A stretch of DNA of 64,000 nt. Origin: a virus. Position numbers and translations under genes: made by a program. The stretch lies in the IMG/VR virus record IMGVR_UViG_3300027746_000020, positions 7,704-71,703 of that record; one strand, written 5' to 3'. The notes below the pieces were generated by a model, which worked only from the letters and a program-made list of their open reading frames with translations, was not told the DNA's origin and did no database searches. Position 1 is the stretch's first letter. Every line of letters starts with the position of its first letter. This document shows, piece by piece, positions 1 to 8,916 of the stretch.

Positions 1-2
1 CC

Positions 3-53
3 CCCATCATCGCTGAGGTCGGCATCGGCGACACCTGGGCGGACGCGAAGTAG
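3..53 (+). CDS. C-terminal end of family A DNA polymerase (partial, runs in from the window edge)
   Basis: Frame 3 reads PIIAEVGIGDTWADAK*, matching the typical PolA C-terminal P-x-x-[AV]-E-x-G-x-G-x-x-W-x-x-A-[KH] pattern. Confidence 0.75.
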   Translation, partial: PIIAEVGIGDTWADAK

Positions 54-101
54 TCGCAATACAAGACAATCCTGCTACACTGAGATAGCCGAACTATTCC
101 C

Positions 102-317
102 ATGGCTGCCTCGCTTCACCAGGAAATCCGCCGCGACGTTTCGTCCGCCCTCGGGGAAGCGCAGTCTGAGAACTGCTGGGTTGAGGCCGGTATCGCCATC
201 GAGGTTGTCCGCCAGCGCCTTGAGCGGCACTTTCGGCATGTCATGTTCCAGAGCACGGATGATGGTGAGGCAACCCCCGGCGACGAGTACATTCGCATGC
301 TCCTAACTGGCTTGTGA
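102..317 (+). CDS. hypothetical protein (71 aa)
   Basis: ORF co-oriented between polymerase end and AbrB; -10-like TACACT at ~76-81. Confidence 0.6.
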   Translation: MAASLHQEIRRDVSSALGEAQSENCWVEAGIAIEVVRQRLERHFRHVMFQSTDDGEATPGDEYIRMLLTGL

Positions 318-393
318 GATTGACCCGTTCAGGGGTTGTCTGATCGGCATCCATGACCTATGCTGAGAGGGTCTTTTTCACACGACGCCCACA

Positions 394-834
394 GTGTCCA
401 CTGCTATCTCCGGTCGCGATCTCGTCACCCTGGTCAAGGAAAATCCTGAAGCCGGTCACCAGGAACTCGCCGCTATGGCTGGTTACACCCGCACCAACCG
501 GAAGGGTGAGGAAGTGATCAGCATAGACGCCTTCAAGGATGCTCTTCTGGTGGCCAAAGGTGTCAGCATCAAATCCGAAGTGCGTGGCCGTGCGGCTGCC
601 AATGAGACCACTGTCCACGCCGCTGGCGGCATCTTGATCGGCAGCATCTACGCCAAAATGGCCGGTGTAGGCCCTGGTGATGTCTATTCCATCACCGTGT
701 CGGCGGAGACCGGCCAGATCGTGCTGGATGTCATCTCCCGAGTGGAGGGTTCCCCTCGACCGTTCAAGGTTTACGAGCGTACTCTGAAGGCCAAGGATAC
801 GGCTGAACTCAGCACCGAGCCTGTAGCCGCCTGA
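394..834 (+). CDS. cyanobacterial-type AbrB-like transcriptional regulator (cyAbrB)
   Basis: SGRDLVTLVK..LAAMAGY...FKDALLVAKG and GRAAA.ETTVHAAGGILIGSIYAKMAGVGPGDVYSI resemble cyAbrB N- and C-terminal blocks. Confidence 0.85.
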   Translation: MSTAISGRDLVTLVKENPEAGHQELAAMAGYTRTNRKGEEVISIDAFKDALLVAKGVSIKSEVRGRAAANETTVHAAGGILIGSIYAKMAGVGPGDVYSITVSAETGQIVLDVISRVEGSPRPFKVYERTLKAKDTAELSTEPVAA

Positions 835-852
835 TCGGTTAAGCTCCGAGTA

Positions 853-885
853 GAAAGCCCCTGAGGTTCGCCCTCGGGGGCTTTC
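853..885. terminator. bidirectional intrinsic terminator between convergent genes
   Basis: GAAAGCCCCTGAGG-TTCG-CCCTCGGGGGCTTTC hairpin between stops at 834 (+) and 891 (-). Confidence 0.8.
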
Positions 886-890
886 CTGTG

Positions 891-1220
891 TCAGGGGAGC
901 TGCAGCTTAGAGCGGTTCAGGAACTCATCGACTGCTATCCGGCGGTGAAACCGGTATCGCGGTCGTTTGGGAGTCCCGATGTTTCTAATCGATTTGTTTG
1001 TAAATATCCCCTTACTCATGAAATAGCTGAGGCTATTGTGGTTCTTTATTCCAGCTAGTCTGCAAAACGCTGTACTGTCGACCCAGTCAGCGCGATCTTC
1101 GACATTCTCTTCACGACACTCTTTGTTTGAATTGTCGATGATCGCCAGCTCCAACCGCCGGAGACTGACTTCGATCAGGTCCAGGCGGACCAGGATGCTG
1201 GTGTGATCAACTCCGCTCAT
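891..1220 (-). CDS. small DNA-binding protein, possible excisionase/recombination directionality factor
   Basis: Directly downstream of integrase; WVDSTAFCRLAGI...GTPKRPRYRF resembles a winged-HTH Xis. Confidence 0.5.
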   Translation of the reverse strand: MSGVDHTSILVRLDLIEVSLRRLELAIIDNSNKECREENVEDRADWVDSTAFCRLAGIKNHNSLSYFMSKGIFTNKSIRNIGTPKRPRYRFHRRIAVDEFLNRSKLQLP

Positions 1221-1258
1221 GGACAGGATCGTATGGCTGATTCAACCAGAATAGGACA

Positions 1259-2320
1259 CTACAGGTTGAAACCGCTCCTCAGCTTGGACAGTTCTGCCGC
1301 ATCGAGCCATCGCTGATAAACCCGTTCATGGATTGCCACGCTGTGTCCCATGAGTCTTGCTGCGAGACTGCTCGGCACTCCTGCCATAAGCAGTCGAATG
1401 GCATACGCATGCCGCAGGTTATAGAGACCGAATGGGGATGGACCTCGCGTATGGATATAGTAATTAGCGCTCTTGGTGAACTGGTCTGACTTGTAGTTCG
1501 GTTTTTGCTCGTTGTGTAAATCGAACATTTTAACCCATGCCTGTGGAGCAGGCCACACAACTCGATAGCCTGTCTTTGTAGAATCGCCGATTTTAGCTTC
1601 ACTACTTGCTGTGAGCTGCACTTCCTGAACCTCATGAGGACGCAGCCCATAGGCAGCGCACATTCCGAACACCCATCTCCACTCTGGATATTTGACTGCT
1701 CCCCAAATTTCTAAAATCTGCTCGTCTGAGGGAATGTCCCTCGGTTGAAGGCAACGGAGAGAGTAACCTGATCGAGCGGCGCGTAATCGAGAGCAGTCGA
1801 TGCCACATGCGCTTGCAACTGTTGTTATCACCTGACCATAAGACTTACGCATCGCCGATTTCGCAGGCATACCCTCAATCACTCCCAACAGGAGTTCCCC
1901 GGATAGCTCCCCTGATGCTGGGACACGTTTTAGAGCTGGGCGCCAGCGCCGTACCCAATTCCCTTTGCCACCATCAGGTCGCTGCCCAAACCGCTCGGCA
2001 AAGATCCGAAGAGCTGTGGCGTGGAAGAACTCCAGGTCGGGTTTGGGCTCGTCCTCGGGGGGAGCCCAAACCTCCCAGGTGAACGTGCGCTGACGGAGCT
2101 GGAGGCCCAGGTTCATCGCCTGGCTCTCTGCGGCCCCCAGGCCCGCCAGGGTGGCCTCTACTCCTAGCGCTATCCGCTGCTGCCGGCGGCCTGCCCCGGA
2201 TCGTTCCGGCAGGGTTGCCACCAAATTCAGCCTCCTACCCCGGTGCTCGATGCGGCAGCGAAAACCTGCAGCTTTCAGACGATCATTGACCTCCCCGAGG
2301 GCGGTGGTGAAGCGATCCAT
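1259..2320 (-). CDS. int: tyrosine recombinase / phage integrase (cyanobacterial type)
   Basis: Catalytic motifs YGLRPHE, TKTG, YNLRHAYA, LMGHS, HERVY; start placed at MDRFTT (2320) rather than 2539. Confidence 0.92.
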   Translation of the reverse strand: MDRFTTALGEVNDRLKAAGFRCRIEHRGRRLNLVATLPERSGAGRRQQRIALGVEATLAGLGAAESQAMNLGLQLRQRTFTWEVWAPPEDEPKPDLEFFHATALRIFAERFGQRPDGGKGNWVRRWRPALKRVPASGELSGELLLGVIEGMPAKSAMRKSYGQVITTVASACGIDCSRLRAARSGYSLRCLQPRDIPSDEQILEIWGAVKYPEWRWVFGMCAAYGLRPHEVQEVQLTASSEAKIGDSTKTGYRVVWPAPQAWVKMFDLHNEQKPNYKSDQFTKSANYYIHTRGPSPFGLYNLRHAYAIRLLMAGVPSSLAARLMGHSVAIHERVYQRWLDAAELSKLRSGFNL

Positions 2321-2328
2321 CGGGAGAG

Positions 2329-2580
2329 CCTGGCTTGAACCTGGCTTAAAACAGTACACCTGTCTTGGCTTAAACAGGCCAAGCGAGCTACGAGACAGTC
2401 TGACTCCGAGGGTGCAGTTCGACTGCATCGCAGAGGGTTTGAGGTTGTGACTGAGTTTTGCACTAGAACATGCACACCCCTTCCCCCTCCCCCACCTAGG
2501 AGGGCCAGATCTGTGAAAGAGGTTGCTATGACTAAGCAAACGGTGGTGGCAGAGCCACCCTGGCTTAACTATGGCTTGTC
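2329..2580. other. putative attP with integrase arm-type repeats
   Basis: Direct 11-bp repeats CCTGGCTTGAA (2329), CCTGGCTTAAA (2340), CTTGGCTTAAA (2364), CCTGGCTTAAC (2559), TATGGCTTGTC (2570) in the intergenic gap 5' of int. Confidence 0.65.
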
Positions 2581-2639
2581 TAGCGGTCCTTTTCGGTTGC
2601 TGCTCGATGCTTCAGTTTTCCCGATCACCAGGCCTTTGC

Positions 2640-3101
2640 TCAGCCACCAGGCGGCAGGCCGGGAATCAACTGACCACCGCTGACGTACCAAACCCTGGCG
2701 CGTGCATTCACGGCGGAGCGGTCGTAGAGTTTCACCCCCATGGGGCCGACATAGCCGGGGGGTTCGCCTTCGGCACTGAGAGCAGACCACTCCATGCCGG
2801 GGATCAGGGACAGGATATGCGTCCGCTCGAAGATCGTGCCAACTTGGGGAAGGCCAGCGGTCAACAAAGTGGCTACGGCATCGGTCGCGGCGATGTTGAC
2901 GTGGTGGCCGTTGATTGTGGTTTCCCCACGCTGAATGGCGCCGATCTCATCGATATGCACGCCAGAAGCTGGGATCAATCTGTCACCGTCCAGTGTGGCC
3001 AATGGGGTGCCATCGGGGAACACCTGAGACGTAATGCCCTGCCGGAAGCATTCTCGATCAGGGCACCAGCAGAGCACCTCGATGACACTGAACGGCATCA
3101 C
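2640..3101 (-). CDS. hypothetical protein, last gene of structural block
   Basis: 153 aa ORF with 4-bp overlap to the upstream fibre gene. Confidence 0.65.
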   Translation of the reverse strand: MMPFSVIEVLCWCPDRECFRQGITSQVFPDGTPLATLDGDRLIPASGVHIDEIGAIQRGETTINGHHVNIAATDAVATLLTAGLPQVGTIFERTHILSLIPGMEWSALSAEGEPPGYVGPMGVKLYDRSAVNARARVWYVSGGQLIPGLPPGG

Positions 3102-4084
3102 ATCAACCCCCGGATGGTTGCCACCTGATCAGCTGAATAGGTGCCAGGTAGCACCATGATTCGGTCAATTGTGTAGCCGGGGTTGAGAGTGAGGGTGCCG
3201 GCTGACAGGGTTGCGCAGCCGGCTGGCTTCTCGATCAGCGTGACGTTTGTCGTCGGGAGGCCGGTGACACTGGCGGCATCTGCGAAGCGGGTGGCGGCTG
3301 CGGTAGTTGTCGGGACGTATGAACTGAAGGAATCTTTCGTTAAATTTACTCCCCATGCAATCACGGGGCCTGACGTTGATGTGCTGGCGCCAATTCTAAA
3401 TTCGCACCTTTGAAAATTAGTTGAACTAAAAGAATTGACAACTCTCCAAAACCCAGTAGCACCAAGCAGGCAGAAAACAGTAGCTCCACCAATTGGATTT
3501 GAAATATAAGTTACTGCGCCAGTGTTAAGGTTGACCGTTGCCAGCGCCCTGCTACTTGTATCCCCAACTGAAGGGGCCGCATCTACATATAAAGTAGCAT
3601 TACTGGAAGCAGCAAAAAGCGAAAAGTAATACGTTCCAGATGCTTGTGCTGTTGTGATCAGCTGCCTGACCCAGGAGCCATTTGTAGTTCCGGTATTTAC
3701 AATTGACTCAGCCCCTGTACCACCGCTGGGGTCTGTCGCATTGTTTGCTGTTACCGTAGTCGCGCTGACAACCCATGGCGAGACGTTTAACGATTCTGAC
3801 TGAAGCAGTATTTGGGATGCTTGCCCCTCAAACAGCAATCCTCGTCGAGTCAGGGACAAGGGATCAAAATCAAACCTCGCGACGTTTGTGCTGGCTGTTT
3901 GCAATAGGCCGTTGCTACCAATAAACGTACCGTTGCCGGAGCGAGTCAGTGTTAGCGACCCGCCAACACTGCCGTAATTTGTCAGCGTTCCTTGGAGGCG
4001 GAACTGATAATCGACCAGTGCAGATGGCTGGACAAAATTCAGCAGATCAGCCGTCCCACCAAACAGAAAAGCGCTTTTCATCAA
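3098..4084 (-). CDS. virion spike/fibre protein
   Basis: TRSGNGTFIGSNGLLQTA..VARFDFDP....GLLFEGQ and SSYVPTTTAAATRFAD blocks typical of phage spike-fibre domains; Thr/Ser/Gly-rich. Confidence 0.75.
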   Translation of the reverse strand: MMKSAFLFGGTADLLNFVQPSALVDYQFRLQGTLTNYGSVGGSLTLTRSGNGTFIGSNGLLQTASTNVARFDFDPLSLTRRGLLFEGQASQILLQSESLNVSPWVVSATTVTANNATDPSGGTGAESIVNTGTTNGSWVRQLITTAQASGTYYFSLFAASSNATLYVDAAPSVGDTSSRALATVNLNTGAVTYISNPIGGATVFCLLGATGFWRVVNSFSSTNFQRCEFRIGASTSTSGPVIAWGVNLTKDSFSSYVPTTTAAATRFADAASVTGLPTTNVTLIEKPAGCATLSAGTLTLNPGYTIDRIMVLPGTYSADQVATIRGLM

Positions 4085-4986
4085 TACGACTCCCGCACCT
4101 GGGCGGTGCTGGTGCCAGACGCCAGCAGGCCATACCAGGCTCCAGCTACGCCCGTGAAATCTGCTTGATCCAGAAACACTCCATTCCCGGCGGGAATTGT
4201 CAGGAACGTGTTTGCAGTCGTCACCGGTGTAGCGCTCCCGATACTGAGCGCTGCCCCTCCCAATGGATTGAAAATCAGCAATCGCTTCCTGCTCGTCCTG
4301 GCGGCCAGCAGCTGCACCGTCGTGGTCGAGGTTGCCACCGAGGTCTGAGCGTCAGCCGTTGGCAGCGCCAGGCTCTTGGAATCCAACGAGGTCAGTGACG
4401 AAACCGTCGGCCCATCGGTCGCCATTGTCACCCGTTGGGTGTTCGCATCCAACACGCCACCACCTCGGGTGATATTGGGTGAAACCGGCTGGGTTACACC
4501 TGAGCCATCCACCGGCCACCGACCACTGACCAATGACGGCAGCAACGATGCCAGATAACGCAGCCATCCACGCACCCCTGTCGATCCACTGGGCAGGGTT
4601 GGCGGGCTGGTGCCATCAGTGCCCAGATCCGCATCGATCGCGGCCAGTGTGGAGTTTGATGTGGCCTGGTTGGCTGCGGTAGCCGCTCCAGACGGCAGGG
4701 GCAACGCAGCCGCCGTGATGGCCATACTGGCCAGCCCATCATCCACGAAAATCTGTAGGGTATCGCCATTCGCGTGGCCCGTTGTGGGTGCCGTCAGCGT
4801 CAGCGTTGGAGACGCCCAGGTGCCGCCGTAACCAGCCTGCACCGGCAGGTAGAGCCAGGCTTGGCGGGTGACATTCAGGATCGCCAGAATCTGCTGCTGG
4901 CTGCCAGGGATTGGCGCCGAAAACGTCACCGTCTTGGCGGTGGCGTTGAAGCTGAATGTGGAAGCGTCGAGTACAGGGCCTTTCAT
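4081..4986 (-). CDS. virion structural/fibre protein
   Basis: Thr/Ala-rich; LPLPSGAATAANQ and PVDGSGVTQPVS motifs typical of phage fibres. Confidence 0.65.
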   Translation of the reverse strand: MKGPVLDASTFSFNATAKTVTFSAPIPGSQQQILAILNVTRQAWLYLPVQAGYGGTWASPTLTLTAPTTGHANGDTLQIFVDDGLASMAITAAALPLPSGAATAANQATSNSTLAAIDADLGTDGTSPPTLPSGSTGVRGWLRYLASLLPSLVSGRWPVDGSGVTQPVSPNITRGGGVLDANTQRVTMATDGPTVSSLTSLDSKSLALPTADAQTSVATSTTTVQLLAARTSRKRLLIFNPLGGAALSIGSATPVTTANTFLTIPAGNGVFLDQADFTGVAGAWYGLLASGTSTAQVRESY

Positions 4987-4990
4987 GGTG

Positions 4991-5260
4991 TTATCCCAAA
5001 ATGATCGCCATGGCGGCGGAATAGGAGAAAATCAATGACGGATCAGGGGTCAAACTAAACTGAACATCACCCCACCCTTCGCTTCCTTTCGGGCCATAAA
5101 CATCGCCACTTGCGCGCAAGTAGTAATCACCTTTTTCACCAAGTGCGACCGTTGGAGCCTCAGATCCGCTGAACCACCGTGAACCCGATGAACCCGGTGG
5201 GCCCGGTGAGAGGATCTCAACAACAAGCGGTCCAGTCTCAGCCCAGTAAGAAGAAGTCAT
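4991..5260 (-). CDS. small tail-associated protein
   Basis: GPPG plus W.SG..AP...LG..GDYYL...GDVYGPK motif common in phage tail proteins. Confidence 0.6.
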   Translation of the reverse strand: MTSSYWAETGPLVVEILSPGPPGSSGSRWFSGSEAPTVALGEKGDYYLRASGDVYGPKGSEGWGDVQFSLTPDPSLIFSYSAAMAIILG

Positions 5261-5652
5261 AGTGATACTGGCCCCCTGGTAGCACGAACTCGAAGTGGGG
5301 CAGGACCACGAGTTTGGTATAATCTAGATCCATTAGGATACACAAGAAGTAGATCCCAGAAACCAGATTCTTTTACGGAAGCTGTTTGCGTGGGCGTAGC
5401 TGAGATATTGATAGAACAACGCACTGTGTAGGTGAAAGTGTGAACTACCCCGTTGATTGCAAAAGACTTAGGCCAAGAACCTACCTCAGCACGAGTAACC
5501 CAGGTAGTAGTTAAGTCGAGTAGTTTAACTGTGTTGTTCCTGTTCCAAACTTCAGCATAAGCGTCCAGACCAGTACCATCGAAATAAAATTGAAAAGTCT
5601 GACTTACCGAGCCGCCCTGGTCGATCGGTAGCTGAAGTTCTGCCGGTTTCAT
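5257..5652 (-). CDS. putative tail/baseplate accessory protein
   Basis: L.IDQG...F ... GFWDLLL pattern; operonic overlap. Confidence 0.55.
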   Translation of the reverse strand: MKPAELQLPIDQGGSVSQTFQFYFDGTGLDAYAEVWNRNNTVKLLDLTTTWVTRAEVGSWPKSFAINGVVHTFTYTVRCSINISATPTQTASVKESGFWDLLLVYPNGSRLYQTRGPAPLRVRATRGPVSL

Positions 5653-5657
5653 AAGTC

Positions 5658-6047
5658 TTAATTACCTCTATCCTGTGTTTTGGTCATTTGGAGAAGTACA
5701 CCTTCATGGCGAGAGGTGATGTCCTCCAAATGATTGATTCGAGAGAAAATCTCGGTACGGAACGAACGTGTCTCTAATCGCATTTCGGCAAGTTCTTGTC
5801 CGATGTGGGTAACACTCTTGTGAATACCTTCAAAAGCGACAGCGGCTTTTTGTTGTTCTACCACAAAAGACTCAAATAGCTTATTGTGTCTTTCGTCGAG
5901 TTTATGCTTATAGCTAATTCTCTCCTTTTGAACTTCCGCTTTCGCCACAGCGACTGCTTTGAAATGACTATCCAATCGTTTCCCGATTATGAGCGAAACC
6001 AGCCCGAAAACCCCGGCAGTGATCGGGTTGACTAGGAGTTCGATCAA
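5658..6047 (-). CDS. membrane-anchored coiled-coil protein (possible lysis accessory)
   Basis: N-terminal hydrophobic helix followed by coiled coil. Confidence 0.5.
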   Translation of the reverse strand: MIELLVNPITAGVFGLVSLIIGKRLDSHFKAVAVAKAEVQKERISYKHKLDERHNKLFESFVVEQQKAAVAFEGIHKSVTHIGQELAEMRLETRSFRTEIFSRINHLEDITSRHEGVLLQMTKTQDRGN

Positions 6048-6107
6048 CGGACTGGGAGGTCAGCTCGATCCAAAGAATAGCGGGAACAGGGAGGCGGCCT
6101 CGGGGGA

Positions 6108-6968
6108 CTATTCGCGGAACAAGCGCACAGGTCCGGTTGTGGCGAAGTTGGCTGAACCTTGAATGAAATCATCAGCAGTCGTATCGATGCTGGTGTCAAC
6201 TAGGAGGATGTCTGCGTAGTAGTAGACGGAGCCGGGTAGAAATACTATGGTGTTTCCGTCGATAGTCGCGGTTCGTGCATCAGTCCGCTGCTTAAGATAG
6301 AATTTAGCCTTCCCTTTAGCATTGTTTTCTATCATTAGGGTCATTCTAAGAATTTGGTCAATGTCATGGGTTCCGTTAGAATTCTCGCTGAATTGAATTA
6401 GAAAATCGAAGGATCCAGACCCGGTAATAGCGGTTTTAACCGAGTCACCGAACCGCTCTCCGATCACGCCGGTATCAACTGTGTTTCCCCCGAGCTTGAG
6501 ATTCCATTTTTTAATATGTCCTTGAAACGCCCAAAGTGTTGTCCCGCTGTTGGCGGTGGTATAGTCTGCATAAACGGAGGGATATGCTTGGAGGCTGGTT
6601 TCGCTGTTGACTCCTGTAATTGTGGGACGGAAAGTGGTAAGGACGGTAGTGGCCGCCCCAGAACCGGTTAGACAAAGAATTGAGTGGGCCGCAGGAACGC
6701 CTGAGAGGCTGACTCTGGTCCCAGTTGTGTTGTCTTGAGCCCCAGCGGCAGTTGTGTGCAGGGTGACCCGGTCTAAGGTGTCCCTCCAAACGAAGCCGAT
6801 TTTAGTCCCACCGGAATGGATCAGAGTGACCGCATCGCCAGGCCAAAAAGCATCGGAATTTATTGTGAACCTATTGTTCGTAGTGTCCAACGCACTCGGG
6901 GGAAGGATTATCGGGTCGGGGTACGAACGTGTTAACTGAACAATACCGTCTTTACCGAGGAGCGTCAT
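6108..6968 (-). CDS. tail tube-like protein with insertion
   Basis: LGKDG N-terminus; HIKKWNLKL...DTGVIGERF....ITGSGSFD and SANFATTGPV resemble tail-tube fold. Confidence 0.6.
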   Translation of the reverse strand: MTLLGKDGIVQLTRSYPDPIILPPSALDTTNNRFTINSDAFWPGDAVTLIHSGGTKIGFVWRDTLDRVTLHTTAAGAQDNTTGTRVSLSGVPAAHSILCLTGSGAATTVLTTFRPTITGVNSETSLQAYPSVYADYTTANSGTTLWAFQGHIKKWNLKLGGNTVDTGVIGERFGDSVKTAITGSGSFDFLIQFSENSNGTHDIDQILRMTLMIENNAKGKAKFYLKQRTDARTATIDGNTIVFLPGSVYYYADILLVDTSIDTTADDFIQGSANFATTGPVRLFRE

Positions 6969-7366
6969 TAGAAGGACTTGGAGGTAGGCTTACCAGATAG
7001 TTGAAGGGAGAGCTTGCAAACATGTGCTTCGCCGAAAGCGACAGAGAGACCAATGTTGGTAATAACTGCAGAAGATGTCAGTTCGCGTTTGGTGTTAGTA
7101 TCCCAAACAAATTGAAAAATGCTAGTTACTTCAGCAACGTCTTCGTAAATTGCATTGATGATACCGACAGCAGCTGTATCAAGGGGGTCGTAGAAAAGAG
7201 TCGCAGAAGCTTTTGTATCGCGAATGCCTGCGATATAGGTGTGGTCAAATAAGTCAAGGGTCGTACTTCGTAATGCTTCGCGGGAAATATCTATGTCGAT
7301 GTTCTTCACCTTACCTACACGTAGCGTGTTGTAGTACAGACCTGCAGAGGCACCTGTGAGAATCAT
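6968..7366 (-). CDS. tail tube-like protein
   Basis: GKVKNIDIDISREALRSTTL....TYIAGIRD..ASATLFYDP ... LSLQLSG typical of short siphovirus tube proteins. Confidence 0.65.
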   Translation of the reverse strand: MILTGASAGLYYNTLRVGKVKNIDIDISREALRSTTLDLFDHTYIAGIRDTKASATLFYDPLDTAAVGIINAIYEDVAEVTSIFQFVWDTNTKRELTSSAVITNIGLSVAFGEAHVCKLSLQLSGKPTSKSF

Positions 7367-7791
7367 GCTGCGAAACTTGCGCGGAGTGCTCCTAAAGTAC
7401 CATCAAAGGCAAAATTGAAGGTGTCTCCGTTGGTGAGATTTTGAGGGTCAATGTAATCCCACCAGCAGATGGTCTTGTTACCTGCGGTAGAGTTGTACAA
7501 CACCGGATAGCGAAAAGTATTGACAGTGCCAGTCGGGTTAAAGGCGTAGTTAGTGAAGGTAGCTTTGTAAATACCTGAGGTCTGGCTAGAGGAAGTTACA
7601 GTGACTGTAAAGCCTCCGAGAGTATAGCCACCGCCAGCGGCTATCTGGGTGATGCCGGATAAGTCGGTAATCGTTGCCGTAGGTGCGGTGTTAGTCAGTG
7701 CGATCTTAAGAACGTCGGAACTGATGTTATGAACTTTGTTATGCAGATCGGCGACGTACTGATTGAAGAAATACTGCGGGGCAGTGGCCAT
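7363..7791 (-). CDS. virion structural protein
   Basis: D.LKIALTN..P ... GYTLGG ... FRY.VLYNST ... WDY ... L.NGDTF conserved phage structural motif. Confidence 0.65.
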   Translation of the reverse strand: MATAPQYFFNQYVADLHNKVHNISSDVLKIALTNTAPTATITDLSGITQIAAGGGYTLGGFTVTVTSSSQTSGIYKATFTNYAFNPTGTVNTFRYPVLYNSTAGNKTICWWDYIDPQNLTNGDTFNFAFDGTLGALRASFAA

Positions 7792-7913
7792 TGCTCAGGG
7801 TCGGAGGGTGGATCAGGCCCAGCCGGGAGGGGATAGGATTAGAATAGCGTTGAGCTAAAATTTATTTTCTTTGAGAATAGACCTATAACAAGGATGACTA
7901 CTCTGTATGATGA

Positions 7914-8915
7914 TTAAGCTCCGACGTAGCTATTAGCAAATAGCTGCCAGCTCGTACCGGTCGAGTTTCCTTCAAAAACCCAGCTCTGGTTGGCTCCCAA
8001 GGTAGATGCCGATGCGTATGCTGTGGTTGCAGAAGCTACCATAAACGGCTCAGTAGAGCTTGGGCTTACAAAGTTTCCTGTTCTTATTTCGATGAGTTGT
8101 GAAATACCGTCGTACTTCCAGAATGTGACTTCAACGATTCGGTTTGATGCTCCTGGAGTGGCGCTAGTTGACTGATTACCTTCCCACCTAAACCTAGCGT
8201 AACTAAGGGTAGTTTGAGTGTAGACACGCTGCCAAGAGCAATCGCGAGCACCGAACATTACTTTAGGTGCATTGGGAACACTTGCGCTAAGGCTACTGTA
8301 GACGCTTGAACCTACCCCAAAAGTTGCGTACCCGTTAGATCCTGGGTAGCAAGCTGAATAAGCCGTACCTGCGAGATAGAAAGAGAATGGCCAATTACCA
8401 AATAGCGTGTTTGTGTCGTTTTGGCTTAAGTCGACTATCTTGCTCCATCCTGAAAAAGTTGTAGCAGGGATAGAGCCTAGAAGCGGAGCTTGGACACCTG
8501 AGTAAATTCGTGGGTTAATACTTGGATTGTACATTTCCCCTTTCAACTGAACTGAGACATCACCAATACCTGCGGTAACGTTACTCAGTAGTGGCTCCTC
8601 GGAGAACCTCCAACCAGTGGATTTTACACCGACTATTCTGCCAGAGAAGTTTATGGATTTGATGCTTGAGACGATCTCGGGGGGAAGGACCAGATCGTAT
8701 AGACCGGAGAAACTGGACTCCCAGGCAGTGAAGATTGTCAGGATCTTGTTTCCGCTGATAGCGCGGAAATCAAGGGAAAGGGTGGAACTGTTGGGTTTGG
8801 AGGCGAGGAGTCGAGGGGAGGCGACAATGTCGCGAAATTTTGGCGTGGTGACGTTATACGTTGCAGGGGTGAACGTAAAGGAAGACGGCTTTAAGGCGGG
8901 GAATTGAATGGCCAT
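7914..8915 (-). CDS. minor tail protein (distal-tail-like N-domain plus variable C-domain)
   Basis: N-terminal FPALKPSSFTFTPATY domain paralogous to the domain in 8917-10980. Confidence 0.65.
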   Translation of the reverse strand: MAIQFPALKPSSFTFTPATYNVTTPKFRDIVASPRLLASKPNSSTLSLDFRAISGNKILTIFTAWESSFSGLYDLVLPPEIVSSIKSINFSGRIVGVKSTGWRFSEEPLLSNVTAGIGDVSVQLKGEMYNPSINPRIYSGVQAPLLGSIPATTFSGWSKIVDLSQNDTNTLFGNWPFSFYLAGTAYSACYPGSNGYATFGVGSSVYSSLSASVPNAPKVMFGARDCSWQRVYTQTTLSYARFRWEGNQSTSATPGASNRIVEVTFWKYDGISQLIEIRTGNFVSPSSTEPFMVASATTAYASASTLGANQSWVFEGNSTGTSWQLFANSYVGA

Positions 8916-8916
8916 A

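Noticed and set aside
2413-2427. TGCAG-TTCGA-CTGCA as a tRNA T-arm att core
   Set aside because: 5-nt loop and no following acceptor strand/CCA
2321-2539. N-terminal extension of the integrase in the ORF track
   Set aside because: Overlaps the attP-like repeats; recognisable integrase sequence starts at MDRFTT (2320)
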